Positions 1 through 12,371 of a stretch of DNA of 64,000 bases are shown here, one piece after another; position 1 is the first letter of the stretch; each line of letters starts with the position of its first letter. Location of the stretch: contig OX597825.1 of NCBI GenBank assembly GCA_951406725.2, positions 25,730,001-25,794,000 of the forward strand. Reading direction: 5' to 3'. Position numbers and translations under genes: made by a program. The notes beneath the pieces were generated by a model. It was given only the letters and a program-made list of their open reading frames with translations, was not told where the DNA came from and did no database searches. The stretch is from Octopus vulgaris. Its lineage: Eukaryota.

Positions 1-29
<29 letters not shown>

Positions 30-31
<2 letters not shown>

Positions 32-197
32 ATGTCCCCGCGTCACTCGTAACAAGCGATTCAGCAAAGGAGGACGCTAGAATAAGTACCGGGCTTTAAA
101 AAGTAAGTACTGGAGCCGATTCACTCGACTAAAATTTCTTCAAGGCGGTGCTCTAGAATGGCCGCGATTTAATGACTGGGAAATATAAAATTAAAAG
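30..197 (+). mobile_element. SINE family A, 3' part
   Basis: Follows (TG)n; diverged match to the family A tail (AGAATAAGTAC...GGCGGTGCTC.AG.ATGGCCGC...ATGACTG) seen intact at 11499-11916. Confidence 0.75.
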
Positions 198-274
198 ATA
201 AAAGAGGATTAAAATGAAGAAAATAAGCACATTAAATATTGCTGGCAAATTGTGTCACATGACCAACCAATTTA

Positions 275-442
275 GGAGAAGGGGTAAGTCGATGCCATCG
301 ACTGGTACTTATTTTAACGATCCCCGGAAAGTTGAAAGACAAAGTCGACGTTAGTGGTATTTGAACTCAGAACGTAAATACGGTCAAAATGGCGCTAAGC
401 ATTTTGTCTGGTGTGCTAACGAATCTATTTGCTCGCTGCTTT
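275..442 (-). mobile_element. SINE family B, diverged copy
   Basis: Reverse complement of the B-box (GAGTTCAAAT) and central domain (GACTTTG.CTTTCA..TTTC.GGG.TCG.TAAAATAAGTACCAG) seen at 61488-61708. Confidence 0.75.
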
Positions 443-1429
443 AAACACCGATAAATACTAAATATGTATTCAAATCACTAGCTCTTTATCAACTCACAAG
501 AATCCATAGGATTGTAGTTTATCTATAGATTCCATCATATTAATCTGTAAGGTAAACATATCGCAACAGAGCAAATTAGCCTATCGCAAAACGTTTCATC
601 TGAATTCAACTTAACGCTGAAATCTGAGAAAACAAACCAGTATTGTGTCAGAGAAATAAAGTCGCTGACAAATAGATAGATATACAGATAGAGATAGATA
701 GAGAGAGAGGCAAAGAAAACGCGAGAGCAAAAGAGAGAGAGAGAGGCAAATGGAAAGTGGGAGAGAGAGAGAGAGATACAGAGTTTTCTAGAGTTAAGTA
801 CCTTATCGTGTAATACTGCTTACACGACAGGGACATTTGAAATATTGCTTTGCATCTAATTGCATTAGCGAATCAGTCATTTGTGCCCTCACTTGCGTCA
901 GTGAACTGAGTTTAAGCTAATGCATTTACAATAATTGGCTTTGGATTTTGTGTAAAGCCATATAATATTCATGTACAAAAACACAATCTGATTATAGTCT
1001 CTATAAATAGCCAGACGAAATGTTTTATGACAGTTGCAATCTCAGCGTTAAGCTGAAATCCTGCCCACGCTAATTGCGATTACCCATGTACGTACGTACA
1101 TACGCATGTATATAATTATGCATGTATGTATGTATGTATGTATGTATGTATGTATGTATGTATGTATGTATGTATGTATGTCGTGTGTTTGTGTGTTTGT
1201 GTATGCGTGTATACTCTTATGTGTGTGTTTATGTGTGTGCATACGCGATGCATTCCCGTGATTTTGAATATTTTTTTAACAAGAAGCGGTCATAACTTAA
1301 ATATATCACTACTAGACATATAATAGTCTGACTGATCAGCTTCTGATATTCTAGATTAAAGGAGATAACTTTAACACTACTTTGAACGCAGCCTCTTAAA
1401 CCCTTCTTACCACTGATGACTCTTTTGCT

Positions 1430-1960
1430 GAACGCAGTCGGGTCGAGAAGACAATTTGGAAGTTCGTGTGTTGTGTTAAATTGGGCAAAATCGCCACCAA
1501 AACTAATGCTCCAGATGCCAACGGATTAAAATGCATAAGCTGAACATCAGTTTTTTTAGCTGATATAAACAAGTCAACAGGGAGGCTCATGAAGACGTTA
1601 TTTTTTGACAGCAAGAGCATCATCTACATCTACAAGTGGGTTTCCTCTGATCAGACGTTCAACAGAGAGTAATTCGTGGAGGTTTTGAGAGAGTTTAGAA
1701 ATAGGCTGCAGCTCCTGTACCACTCCACAATTCTCGACTGGTAACCAACAACTTCACAGAAATGGGTATCAAAAGTATCCCTCACCCTATCTGGAGTACA
1801 AACCTCAGCTCCCTGAGAGTTTTGGTTGTTTCCTGGGCTGAAGGAGAATATGAAAGAAACTGCGAGAAGCGTTCTCAAATCATTGACTTTTGAAGACTTC
1901 CGTGAGGCCTACAGCGAGTGGCTGCAGTTCTGCAACAAATGCCTTGAAATCACAGGACCC
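1430..1960 (+). mobile_element. Degenerate mariner transposase relic, internally deleted
   Basis: Frameshifted translation gives KF..CVKLGKIAT, PHPIWSTNL/AP*EFWLFPGLK (cf. mariner PHPPYSPDLAPCDFWLFPKLK) and EDFREAYSEWLQFCNKCLEITG (mariner C-terminus). Confidence 0.7.
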
Positions 1961-2055
1961 TAGAAAGAGTGAGATTAAAGCTTTTGACATCCTTGCTGTT
2001 AGTAAATGTCTCTTCTGAAAAGGAATCAAAATGTCTGGAATGCACCATGTGTGCG

Positions 2056-2092
<37 letters not shown>

Positions 2093-2113
2093 ATGTGTGT
2101 TTGTGTGTGTACA

Positions 2114-2220
2114 TACAGTAATCCCTCGACATATCGCGGTTTACCTATCGCGGCTTATCATTTCAGCTTACATTGAGTCCTTCGTCGTGTTGATGTGCAT
2201 TTATAAAATAAATATGTACT
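2114..2220 (+). mobile_element. pogo/Tigger-like DNA transposon end
   Basis: TA followed by CAGTAATCCCTCGACATATCGCGGTT resembles Tigger/pogo termini; no partner TIR seen. Confidence 0.4.
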
Positions 2221-2231
2221 AATTATAACAA

Positions 2232-2304
<73 letters not shown>

Positions 2305-2534
2305 AATATACATATACATATATACGTATATCTAAACATAGATACATATGGGTGCATGTATGTGTGAGTTGATATATATATATATGTATACGTATGTTTT
2401 TTTCGAATTTCATGTTGTTTACGTTTTGTGATGTCCTGTACCCATATATGCATATATCGACATTTGAATGTCTGTACATATATGTATTTATATATGCATA
2501 TATATATTATTTATATTATCATATGATTGAACGA

Positions 2535-2868
2535 TGTGAAGACACATGGCTCAGTGGTGTGAGCGTAGATCTTACGATCGTGAGGTTGTGATTTCGATTC
2601 CCGGACCGGTCTGTGTGTTGTGTTCTTGAGCCAGACACTTTATTTCACGTTGCCTCAGTTAACTCAGCTGTAGAAATGAGTTGCGACATCACTGGTGCCA
2701 AGCTGTATCGGTCTTTGCCTTTCCCTTGGATAACATCAATGGTGTGGAGAGTGAAGTCTGGCATGCATGGGCGACTGCTAGCCTTCCCCAAACAATCTTG
2801 CCCTGACTTGTGCCTCGGAGGTAACTTTCTAGGTGCAATCTCATGGTCATTCATGACCGAAGGGGGTC
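2535..2868 (+). mobile_element. tRNA-derived SINE with CORE-like central domain
   Basis: A-box TGGCTCAGTGG, B-box-like TTTCGATTCCC, then TTCTTGAGCCAGACACTTTATTTCACGTTG...ACTCAGCTGTAGAAATGAGT; head shared with the 59927-60194 family but a different tail. Confidence 0.75.
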
Positions 2869-3377
2869 TCCACCTCCTCCTATATGATTCAACGCCACAC
2901 ATCCATTTCCAAGTAAGTTAATCTTGTTAATTTTGATGCGACTCTATTCTTACCGTTCTCTCTCTCCCCCTTTCGTTTTCTCTCTCTCTCCCCTTTTCAT
3001 TTTCTCTCTCTTCCTTTCTCTATGTTGGCATCGCCTTTAAGATGCATCCAATACTTGCACCCCGTGCTATCCGCCTACAAAAAAAATCATACTCGCATCG
3101 CAAAGCAACAATACGGCACAATTATTTTACCTCAATTGGCCCCGCTCTCTTTAACACAACACAAAAACATATTAAACCAGAGTTAGACCCCATGTAATTG
3201 AAGAAGTCTTCAGACACAATCTTTCAAGAAATCCCGGATATGTCTCCGTAAACAATAACTCTCTACTTGAGTCGGCCATGTTGTTCGATTCCTGATTTGA
3301 ATGATTTTTCCAGATGGTGCTATTAATCTAGACATGGCCTGGGCCACTACTGGCTGAAACATATCAAAATATCAAAG

Positions 3378-3714
3378 TATGGATGTGTGGTAAGTAGCTT
3401 GCTTACCAACCACATATTTCCGGATTCTGTCCACCTTGCGCAAGTGTCTTTTAATATAGCTTCGGGCCGACCAAAGCCTTGTGAATGGATTTGGTAGACG
3501 GAAACAGAAAGAAGCCCACCGTATATATATATGTTTGTGTGCCTGTGTTTGCCTCCCCCCTAACATCGCTTAACAATCGATACTGCTGTGTTTACGTCCC
3601 CGTCACCTAGCGTTTCGGCAAAAGTAACCCATAGAATAGGTTCTAGGCTTACAATGAATAAGATTTACTCCACTAAAGGCGGTGCTCCAGCATGGCCACC
3701 GAAACAAATAAAAG
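3378..3714 (+). mobile_element. SINE family A
   Basis: TGTGTGGTAAGTAGCTTGCTTACCAACCAC...TTGGTAGACGGAAAC...GGCGGTGCTCCAGCATGGCC; matches multiple copies in the window. Confidence 0.85.
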
Positions 3715-3759
3715 TATCAAAGTATGAAAAAGAATATATATATATATATATGTATAAAT

Positions 3760-3829
<70 letters not shown>

Positions 3830-4439
3830 GAATAGCATGTAGGAAACTGCACGCAATTTTACATAACCATATCTGAGAAAGGAACGAATCTTCTAATAGA
3901 CTTAACGTCGATTGAATAATCTTATGTACACTACTAGTTTTATTTAACCAACCACATCATGATCCTAACCAGGAGAAAACGACCACAATATAAAGAAATG
4001 CATTCATGTTGAATAGGAAAGCGGATAATATTGATTTCTTCCCCCCCCCTCTGATTCTTCTCATTCAATATGGTAGATTTTTCTTTTCCCCAGCTACATC
4101 TGATATTTTCATTATGCATGTCTGCAGCTACAAACTACTAGCCAACGAATCTATTGCTGGCCGGTTATCTAGCGGTCAACAACAATTGTTCGATGGAAAT
4201 CGTTGTATAAATTAAAGGCACAATACAAGTTCATTCAAAGGTTATGTTATTAGATTTACAAATCTACATTCCAATGTATTGATAATAACGTTTGGATGAT
4301 AAGTTTGTTTTTTTCTCAGCCACCCCCCCCACCCCAATCACCTGTATTTATATGTATTTCACGTACTATCGATCTAATTGTGTGAGTCTGCCTCTTTCCT
4401 CCACCTTTCTCCCTCTCTCTATCTGTCTTTCTTTCTCCC

Positions 4440-4458
4440 TACGTGTGTGTGTGCGTAA

Positions 4459-4517
<59 letters not shown>

Positions 4518-4552
4518 TATATTTTTATATATATATATATATACACACACAT

Positions 4553-4611
<59 letters not shown>

Positions 4612-4645
4612 CATAGATATATATATATATATATACATATATATA

Positions 4646-4695
<50 letters not shown>

Positions 4696-4902
4696 TATAT
4701 GTGTGTGTCTTTGTGCGTGTGTACGTGTGTGTGTATATGTATGTATATATACATATATGCATAATATATATTTTAATATACATATATGTATACGAACGTT
4801 CATATATAACTAAGTATATGCGAATATTAATGTTTATGTATGCACATGTGTGCATGTGTGTGCATTCATGTATATGCATATTTGCGATGATAGGGTTTAG
4901 CC

Positions 4903-4972
<70 letters not shown>

Positions 4973-5073
4973 CGTGTGTGTGTGTATGTATACATGCATT
5001 ACTATGCGTGTGTAAGAGGTATGCCTATTTTTATGCAGATATATATGCACACACGCACACACACACACACATA

Positions 5074-5130
<57 letters not shown>
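4440..5130. repeat. Compound (TA)n/(TG)n/(CA)n microsatellite block
   Basis: Directly visible dinucleotide runs; source of the [12 protein letters not shown] ORFs. Confidence 0.95.
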
Positions 5131-8100
5131 GTAGGTATAGTCATATTTTATGGCTTTCACTTGTTATTCGAAAAATGGCTTCAAAAGCAAGCGGCTGGGT
5201 TGAAGGAAGAAAATGGAAACTAATTTATTTTCATCTTTATCGGATCTTTCATCTGACAACATGTCTATTTATCTCATAATCATACCAATTCAGCGAATTA
5301 AACGGCACGTAAAACCGATGAGCGACATGATTGTTATCGGCAGTTTGGTATTCGGCACTGAGTACTAAGTAAATTCCAGCGCAATTTGTTGAATAAACGT
5401 ATCGATGATATCAAAAGCAACGTAGTTTATACGTATACAAATGAAAATGCATGACAGTGTAAGGTTAGGCTTTTCCGCACATTTAGTGAGAAATCTGACG
5501 AAAATAGCTATCTCTTCCAGCAATTGACTGTTCAAAGTTCCGAATTAGCAATGGAAAATTGTGACTTTTATATATAACTCAACAGCATGGCTGCTCTGTT
5601 CGTTACAAACTAGTTTATTCTATGCAGCCACCTATTTCTACGTTGGCTGTGAGCGTGTTTAGTTTGCGTGCTTTCCTAACGTTTTTAATGTGTGTAACTT
5701 CAGGGTGAAATCTACACCAACCTCACTGGCATAGATAAAAGAAACGTCATTAAAATTTGCTAGCGAGTATAGAAGCAATATTTTTGAAATCAAAAGCTAC
5801 CTAAATCTCTTATGATTAGGTTTGCATATAGAAACCAAATTTAGATCTACCATAACTAAACAAACGACATTTGTTAAATCTATTTTAAATTTGAGGTTGG
5901 AATAACTGGTGAGTGATGTAGAGCGAGAGGCTAGTTTTTAGTGAACCAATTTTTGCAACTAGTTTTGAATGCCAGTTGGAGATATTTCAATTATTTCACT
6001 TCACTTGTGCCACTAATATTCTTGGGGAAGATACATTAACCTACTATAATTTCACGCCTTTATACGTCTTTTCGATTATATTGAAGTAAGATACCAAAAT
6101 TAGCTTTGCGGATGAGCCAGTGGTGTGTGGCAGAGAAAGCAGAGATCCTATCTAAACGCTCGGTAGATAAATCAAATACTCGGATAGAATTCCGTATGGA
6201 ATATCGTCTGATCATCTACGCTCTCAGTTCAAATCTTGACAGGAAAAAATTTATCAGTTACTTTTGACCATCGTTAAAATAAAATCAATCAAGTACTTTG
6301 ATAGATTCGCTCCCACATTCTCTCTCTCGCACTCTTGACTGTACTTGTAAAATTAATTTCCAATATTCTCACATGTTGCCACTCTAATTCGGCCTAATGA
6401 TTGCGTTAAAGTTGCAATATGAGAAATTCAGTTGTTGGAACAACCTAATAAATGATTTTCGAAATAGAAGGAGAATCTACCCCCACCGTTGTTTAATTGC
6501 GATTTTCTTTATGTTCAGAGCTCAAATACCACATTCGTCCATTTTAATTGTCACTCAAACAAGTTTTGATAAAAGCAATGCGTATTGCTGTGATTTACTT
6601 ATGAGTGTACATCATAAGAGATCAGTGTACAAATATTTTCTTGGCACTTCCCGTGTTGAACATTTTGTTCTACGTTGTCTTCCGTGTCTTTCTATCTGAT
6701 TATAACTCTGTCTGTCTCTATATTTATTTATCTTTATGTGCAGAAAAAGGCATGTGTTAAAACATTAAAACGTAATGATATTCTTTATCAGCAAATGTAG
6801 GTTTAATTTTATCACCACAAAATAATACAATTTTATTTATCTTTGTTACTTATCCTTTAGACTAGCTCAGTAATATTCACAAATAACTTTCCTGTCGGAA
6901 TTTTTCTTGCACACAAACTTACGTTAGATAGAAATTCCTGCAAACTGACGCGGTTCACGGCATTCACAGCTGCAAAAGATTTAATCCTGATTTCTAACTC
7001 TGGTAGGAAGTTAGTTAGAAATGTATATATAAATCGTAAACTTGATCGAAATAACTCCAGAACTTGCAGTTACTTATTGCATTGACCTTGGGACCAATCT
7101 GTCTGAGATTTCAATTTACAACACAAAAGGGACATAATCAACAACAGGAAATATTTTATTCCGATATTTTCGTAATTCTTCACTTTAATAGCGTATTCTG
7201 GTGAATGGATTAAATGCTTGGGCGTCATATTTGTAGAAGCATTAAAACGATGGAGCGATGGCGCTACGGCAAATCGTTCTGGAAAGTCGTTCCGGCTCTC
7301 TGTACTGTTAATGCAAACACTTGCGAGGTTGATAAATAAAGTACCATCCCTGTACTTTGTTGATTCTTCCCTTACTCTGTATTTCTTTCTGTCTGTGTGC
7401 ATTTCTCAAGGAAATCAGCTGTGGACAAACCTGGAAAGGGATGGACTCAACCGTATCGAAAAATGCCCAAGATACGCTGTATTTCGTAACGGCGAAACTA
7501 AGGCATTATTAAGGTGTTGAGAGGCACGATGAGAACTAATTAATAATAATTCGATCTCATTATATTCCTTTATAACATTCCAGTTATTCTTTTCCAGGTT
7601 TTTCTCTCTGATTAATTCTTTCTGCCGTTCTTTGTGTCGGTCAATCTGACAGTTTGTCTTTTGGAAAGTGCTACGTTATAGCAATTACGAATGTCTTGAG
7701 ATTGGAGGGGGGGGGGCACCCAGAGTTCTCCTTTTCCCAGAAAAAAAGGTAGGGTTAAGGGATTTTTCTCTTGTAGAATAAACTGATTTACTAGAAGAAG
7801 AAAATATGTACTATATCAACATACCAAATGGAAGCCATTATCCTCGACAGAATTTCGACAGAACTCATGGCCGAAGTAGACGAAGCTAAGACCTGGAATA
7901 CATTTTACCGGTAATCCAATGGTTTTGATAATCAATGATCCTATTCAGCGCACTGATATCAATCATTAAATGTTCATCAATCGCTGTAGAACAAGAATAA
8001 TGCCAGTGGCCATTTGAGACTATAACTTGGTTACCTTCATAACTGATAAAATTCCACATTACCTGGTGGGTGGTAATTATTTTTTCGGGAGGGAGGTGAA

Positions 8101-8452
8101 CAACATAAATTATAGTTTCACCTTTATAGTCTAGACTGGTGCCATTTGGACTTCTTCAGATTCATCACCGTTTCATTTAAATGAGGACGTAAGCATTGCT
8201 ACATTGCAATGACTCTCAATAGTTGTATTCCATATTTAGAAGCTGTGTCAGTCGACATTGACCAACGCTTTGCAAGTGTTTAGGCCTGAGCAAGATTTAT
8301 TGAGTATGATTGATAGTGATCTATATATATATATATATATATAAAAACTTTTTTAAAACTATTTCTAATACTTAAAGAAAATCTCTCTCATATAGTGTTT
8401 GCTCAATTCAACTCACGAAAGTATGGGGGTAAAGACATTAAAAAATCAAATG

Positions 8453-8527
8453 CAAAGGTTATTTGAGAACGTACGTTTCAAGATTAGTCAAACTCGACAT
8501 TTCTATCATCAGCTCAGAACTCCTTGG
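8453..8527 (-). ncRNA. Type I hammerhead ribozyme-like motif (inverted copy)
   Basis: Reverse complement of the motif at 8963-9037. Confidence 0.6.
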
Positions 8528-8962
8528 TTTGGATTTGAAAACACTGAAAGTGGGAGCATACCCTTTCGGCTTCTTATCGCTTCTGAAGATCTGCTCGAAA
8601 CTAACAGTGCCAGCACACCCAAAATATGCAAGCGAAGAATTTCTGCTCTCCCCTTTCCACCAGCGTGGGTTAAAATCAGTAAACACTATGCTTTTTCGGT
8701 AAATCCGAAACATTAAATAGAGAGAGATGAATTATAATTTCAACAATTGAGGGTAAAATTAATTAATTATTAATCAATGTTTCGGATTTACCGAAAAAGC
8801 ATAGTGTTTACTGATTTTAACCCACGCTGGTGGAAAGGGGAGAGCAGAAATTCTTCGCTTGCATATTTTGGGTGTGCTGGCACTGTTAGTTTCGAGCAGA
8901 TCTTCAGAAGCGATAAGAAGCCGAAAGGGTATGCTCCCACTTTCAGTGTTTTCAAATCCAAA

Positions 8963-9037
8963 CCAAGGAGTTCTGAGCTGATGATAGAAATGTCGAGTTT
9001 GACTAATCTTGAAACGTACGTTCTCAAATAACCTTTG
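8963..9037 (+). ncRNA. Type I hammerhead ribozyme-like motif
   Basis: UGAG-CUGAUGA(8978-8984)-stem II (AGA..GUCG/UGAC..UCU)-GAAA(9011-9014)-CGUACG-UU-CUCA; stem I UGAG/CUCA extended by AAGG/CCUU; predicted cleavage after 9022. Confidence 0.65.
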
Positions 9038-9526
9038 CATTTGATTTTTTAATGTCTTTACCCCCATACTTTCGTGAGTTGAATTGAGCAAACACTATAT
9101 GAGAGAGATTTTCTTTAAGTATTAGAAATAGTTTTAAAAAAGTTTTTTTAGCTACTATTTCTAATGAGTTCAGTATGTGGCAAAGTAATTTATTTTACTA
9201 AGCCCTTTTATATAATGTAATAATTTAAATTCGCCTTAAATGGTCCCTTTACATACTGAACACTTGGTGAAATTGATTAATAATTAATTAATTAATTTTA
9301 CCCTCAATTGTTGAAATTATAATTCATCTCTCTCTATTTAATGTTTCGGATTTACCGAAAAAGCATAGTGTTTACTGATTTTAACCCACGCTGGTGGAAA
9401 GGGGAGAGCAGAAATTCTTCGCTTGCATATTTTGGGTGTGCTGGCACTGTTAGTTTCGAGCAGATCTTCAGAAGCGATAAGAAGCCGAAAGGGTATGCTC
9501 CCACTTTCAGTGTTTTCAAATCCAAA

Positions 9527-9601
9527 CCAAGGAGTTCTGAGCTGATGATAGAAATGTCGAGTTTGACTAATCTTGAAACGTACGTTCTCAAATAACCTTT
9601 G
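9527..9601 (+). ncRNA. Type I hammerhead ribozyme-like motif (second tandem copy)
   Basis: CUGAUGA 9542-9548, GAAA 9575-9578; identical to 8963-9037. Confidence 0.65.
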
Positions 9602-9878
9602 CATTTGATTTTTTAATGTCTTTACCCCCATACTTTCGTGAGTTGGAATTGAGCAAACACTATATGAGAGAGATTTTCTTTAAGTATTAGAAATAGTTTT
9701 AAAAAAGTTTTTTTAGCTACTATTTCTAATGAGTTCAGTATGTGGCAAAGTAATTTATTTTACTAAGCCCTTTTATATAATGTAATAATTTAAATTCGCC
9801 TTAAATGGTCCCTTTACATACTGAACACTTAGTGAAATTGATTAATAATTAATTAATTAATTTTACCCTCAATTGTTG

Positions 9879-9920
<42 letters not shown>

Positions 9921-9965
9921 TATTCACATAGAAATACAATAAGAGGCTTCCAAATAGGAAAGCCT

Positions 9966-10292
9966 TGTTTCAGTCATGTGACTGTGGGCATGCTGGAGCA
10001 CCGCCTAGTACTTATTCTATCTGTCTCTTTTGCTGAACCGCTAAGTTACGGGGACGTAAACATACCAGCATCGGATGTTGGAGGGGACAAACACAGACAC
10101 ACAAACATATACACACGCATATATATATATATATACATACATACGACGGGCTTCTTTCAGTTTCCGTCTACCAAATCCACTCACAAGTCTTTGGTAGGCT
10201 CGAGGCTATAGTAGAAAACACTCGCCCAAGGCACCACGTAGTGGGACTGAACCCGGAAGCAAGCTACTTACCACACAGTCATTCCTATGCCT
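9966..10292 (-). mobile_element. SINE family A
   Basis: Reverse complement of family A with its internal TA/TG microsatellite. Confidence 0.85.
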
Positions 10293-10319
10293 AGTGCGAA
10301 CGCGAGCTCAAGGCACAGG

Positions 10320-10508
10320 GAGTTTCTGCTATATTAGAGTGGATTACATCAACCCTAGTATTGAACTAATATTTCTTTCATCGACGTCGAAAGTATGAAA
10401 GGTAAATTCGACCTTGGTGGAATTTGAACCCAGAACGTAAAAATGGATGAAATGTTGCTAAGAATTTTGATCGGTGTGCTAACGATTCTGCCAGATCGCT
10501 GCTTTAAG
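10320..10508 (-). mobile_element. SINE family B, diverged copy
   Basis: ATGAAAGGTAAATTCGACCTTGGTGGAATTTGAACCCAGAACG...TGCTAACGATTCTGCCAG. Confidence 0.8.
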
Positions 10509-11498
10509 GTGGAACAAAGTTTTGCGTGGGATCCTTAACGACTCAGCGAATTCATGATAGATGTGCTACTAGGGAGTGCTGTAGAATAAGATGCAAATTC
10601 ACTGCGTAGGGGAAGCGGTAGCTGAGGAGGGGAGGAAAGGATTCCCTATTGAAAAGATTTAACTTCTCTTTCGGTGTTAATATCCATTAATGCAAATTTA
10701 CGGGTTTCATTTCCCGAAGCCTGCACACCTTTCTATGAAGCTAATCACATTTACATAAAATGCGCAATAATTCAGCAGGTAATTGTATGAAAATTCTGTC
10801 ATATATTTGTTTCCTTACATCTCTTAGCAAACACTTAACTATGATTGTTTCAAGTTTCGTAGACAATTAGGAAGTAATAAATCCTCAACCAATATTGTAT
10901 TCGTTAAGTATAAATACTAAATATTTAATGAAGCCGAAGACGTGTGTTATGCATAATCTTAATTACCGGAGTATCCACGAACTTAAATTATGGAGCTTCA
11001 AACACACACAGACACACAGACACAGACACACGGATACACATACTTGTTAGATAGGACCTCTTTTCGTCACTACTACCATATGCAATGTATGGAGTACTAC
11101 AAGCGAAAGAACTACTCAACATATTTACAATTCTATTGTCAATAGTAGTGGAAATGCTGTCAATTTATGGATATGTTCTTTTCTTAGCATTTTATCTGTT
11201 TCTATCTCATATTCACCATCACAACTAATTTCTGCAGAAAAAAGAAGAAAATATATTTTCTGAAATTTAACCTTTCAACATCGAGAAACCATTTCTCATT
11301 GGAAAATCTTTAAGAAGTTTACACAGTTATGAAAATGAAAGCTGGAGCATCAGAGAATTATCCCGAAACAACTGAAGATTATAATTGCTATTCAAAATCC
11401 AAACAATATAGTCTCTAATTTAAAAGTTATTTTAGATGTAGGAGAAGAGGCGATGTCACTTTTTGATCGTATAGAATACTGGTAAAGTCTAAAGAAAG

Positions 11499-11916
11499 TG
11501 GCGCAGGAATGACTGTGTGGTAAGTGGCTTGCTTACCAACCACATGGTTGCGGGTTCATTCCCATTGCGTGGCACCTTGGGCAAGTGTCTTCTACTATAG
11601 CCTTGGGCCGACCAAAGCCTTGTGAGTGGATTTGGTAGAGGAAACTGAAAGAAGCCCGTCGTATATATGTATATATATATACATATGTGTGTGTGTATAT
11701 GTTTGTGTGTGTGTGTGTTTGTCCCGACAATATCGCTTGACAATCGATGCTGGTGGGTTTACGTCCCTGTAACCTAGCGGTTCGGCAAAAGAGCCCGATA
11801 GGATAAGTACTATGCTTACAAAGAATAAGTCCTGGGTTCGATTTGCTCGACTAAAGGCGGTGCTCTAGCATGGCCGCAGTCAAATGACTGAAAACAGCAA
11901 AAGAGTAAAAGAGTAA
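11499..11916 (+). mobile_element. SINE family A, full length
   Basis: tRNA-like head GGCGCAGGA.TG.CTGTGTGGTAAG...GGGTTCA.TCCC, internal TA/TG repeat, tail ending AAAAGAGTAAAAGAG. Confidence 0.9.
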
Positions 11917-12371
11917 AGTCTTAACATCTGCAAATTTCAGTGGAAGGGAATAAGGTTTTGTTGAAGAGTCGGAGTATGGTGGAAGGGAAAGAAGAAAGTA
12001 TATTTAACTCCGGCACTAGGTTCAAATGCTTGCAACAGAGTGGGCTTTTATAAAGTCAGATTAGGGCTATCTAGCGGTGTTAAAGTAGGCCTCAACGAGA
12101 TTAGAAATCAGTAAGCCAAAAGCTCGACTAAATATTGCAAGTTATTCCTTCTGGTGCTCTAGTTACTTCGCTAGTCCTCTACTCTAAGTTAGTATATAAT
12201 TTATCAAATATCATTCATAGATTAATTTTATAGAATACTTAATTAATGGACCCTCGTCGATAGATTACATAAAAGCTGGCCTCCGCAGGATTTCAAATCA
12301 GAATCCAAGGAGGCAGAAAAATACCACCAGGCATTTCTTCCGACGCTCCAATATATATTTTATCTTATACT

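Larger units (their letters stand above)
8343..9882 (+). mobile_element. Candidate retrozyme-like element: inverted partial copy plus ~2 tandem 564-bp units in (TA)n
   Basis: Minus-strand copy 8343-8778; plus-strand units start at 8776 and 9340 (period 564) and end at ~9882; only 2 differences noticed between units; (TA)n on both sides; each copy has a hammerhead-like motif. Confidence 0.75.

Noticed and set aside
4006-4215. Possible exon after the acceptor-like TTTTCTTTTCCCCAG (~4092)
   Set aside because: No recognisable protein similarity and no supporting neighbouring exons
4292-5223. Long [12 protein letters not shown] ORFs here and at 23, 34-36 and 45 kb
   Set aside because: Translations of dinucleotide microsatellites
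8399-9631. Repeated 79-105 aa ORFs within the 564-bp unit
   Set aside because: Frameshifted by indels at the 43-kb homolog and no recognisable domain; conservation fits RNA structure, not protein
8343-9882. NUMT, rRNA, group I intron or CRISPR interpretation of the unit
   Set aside because: No recognisable rRNA or tRNA motifs, no group I core elements, no repeat-spacer structure
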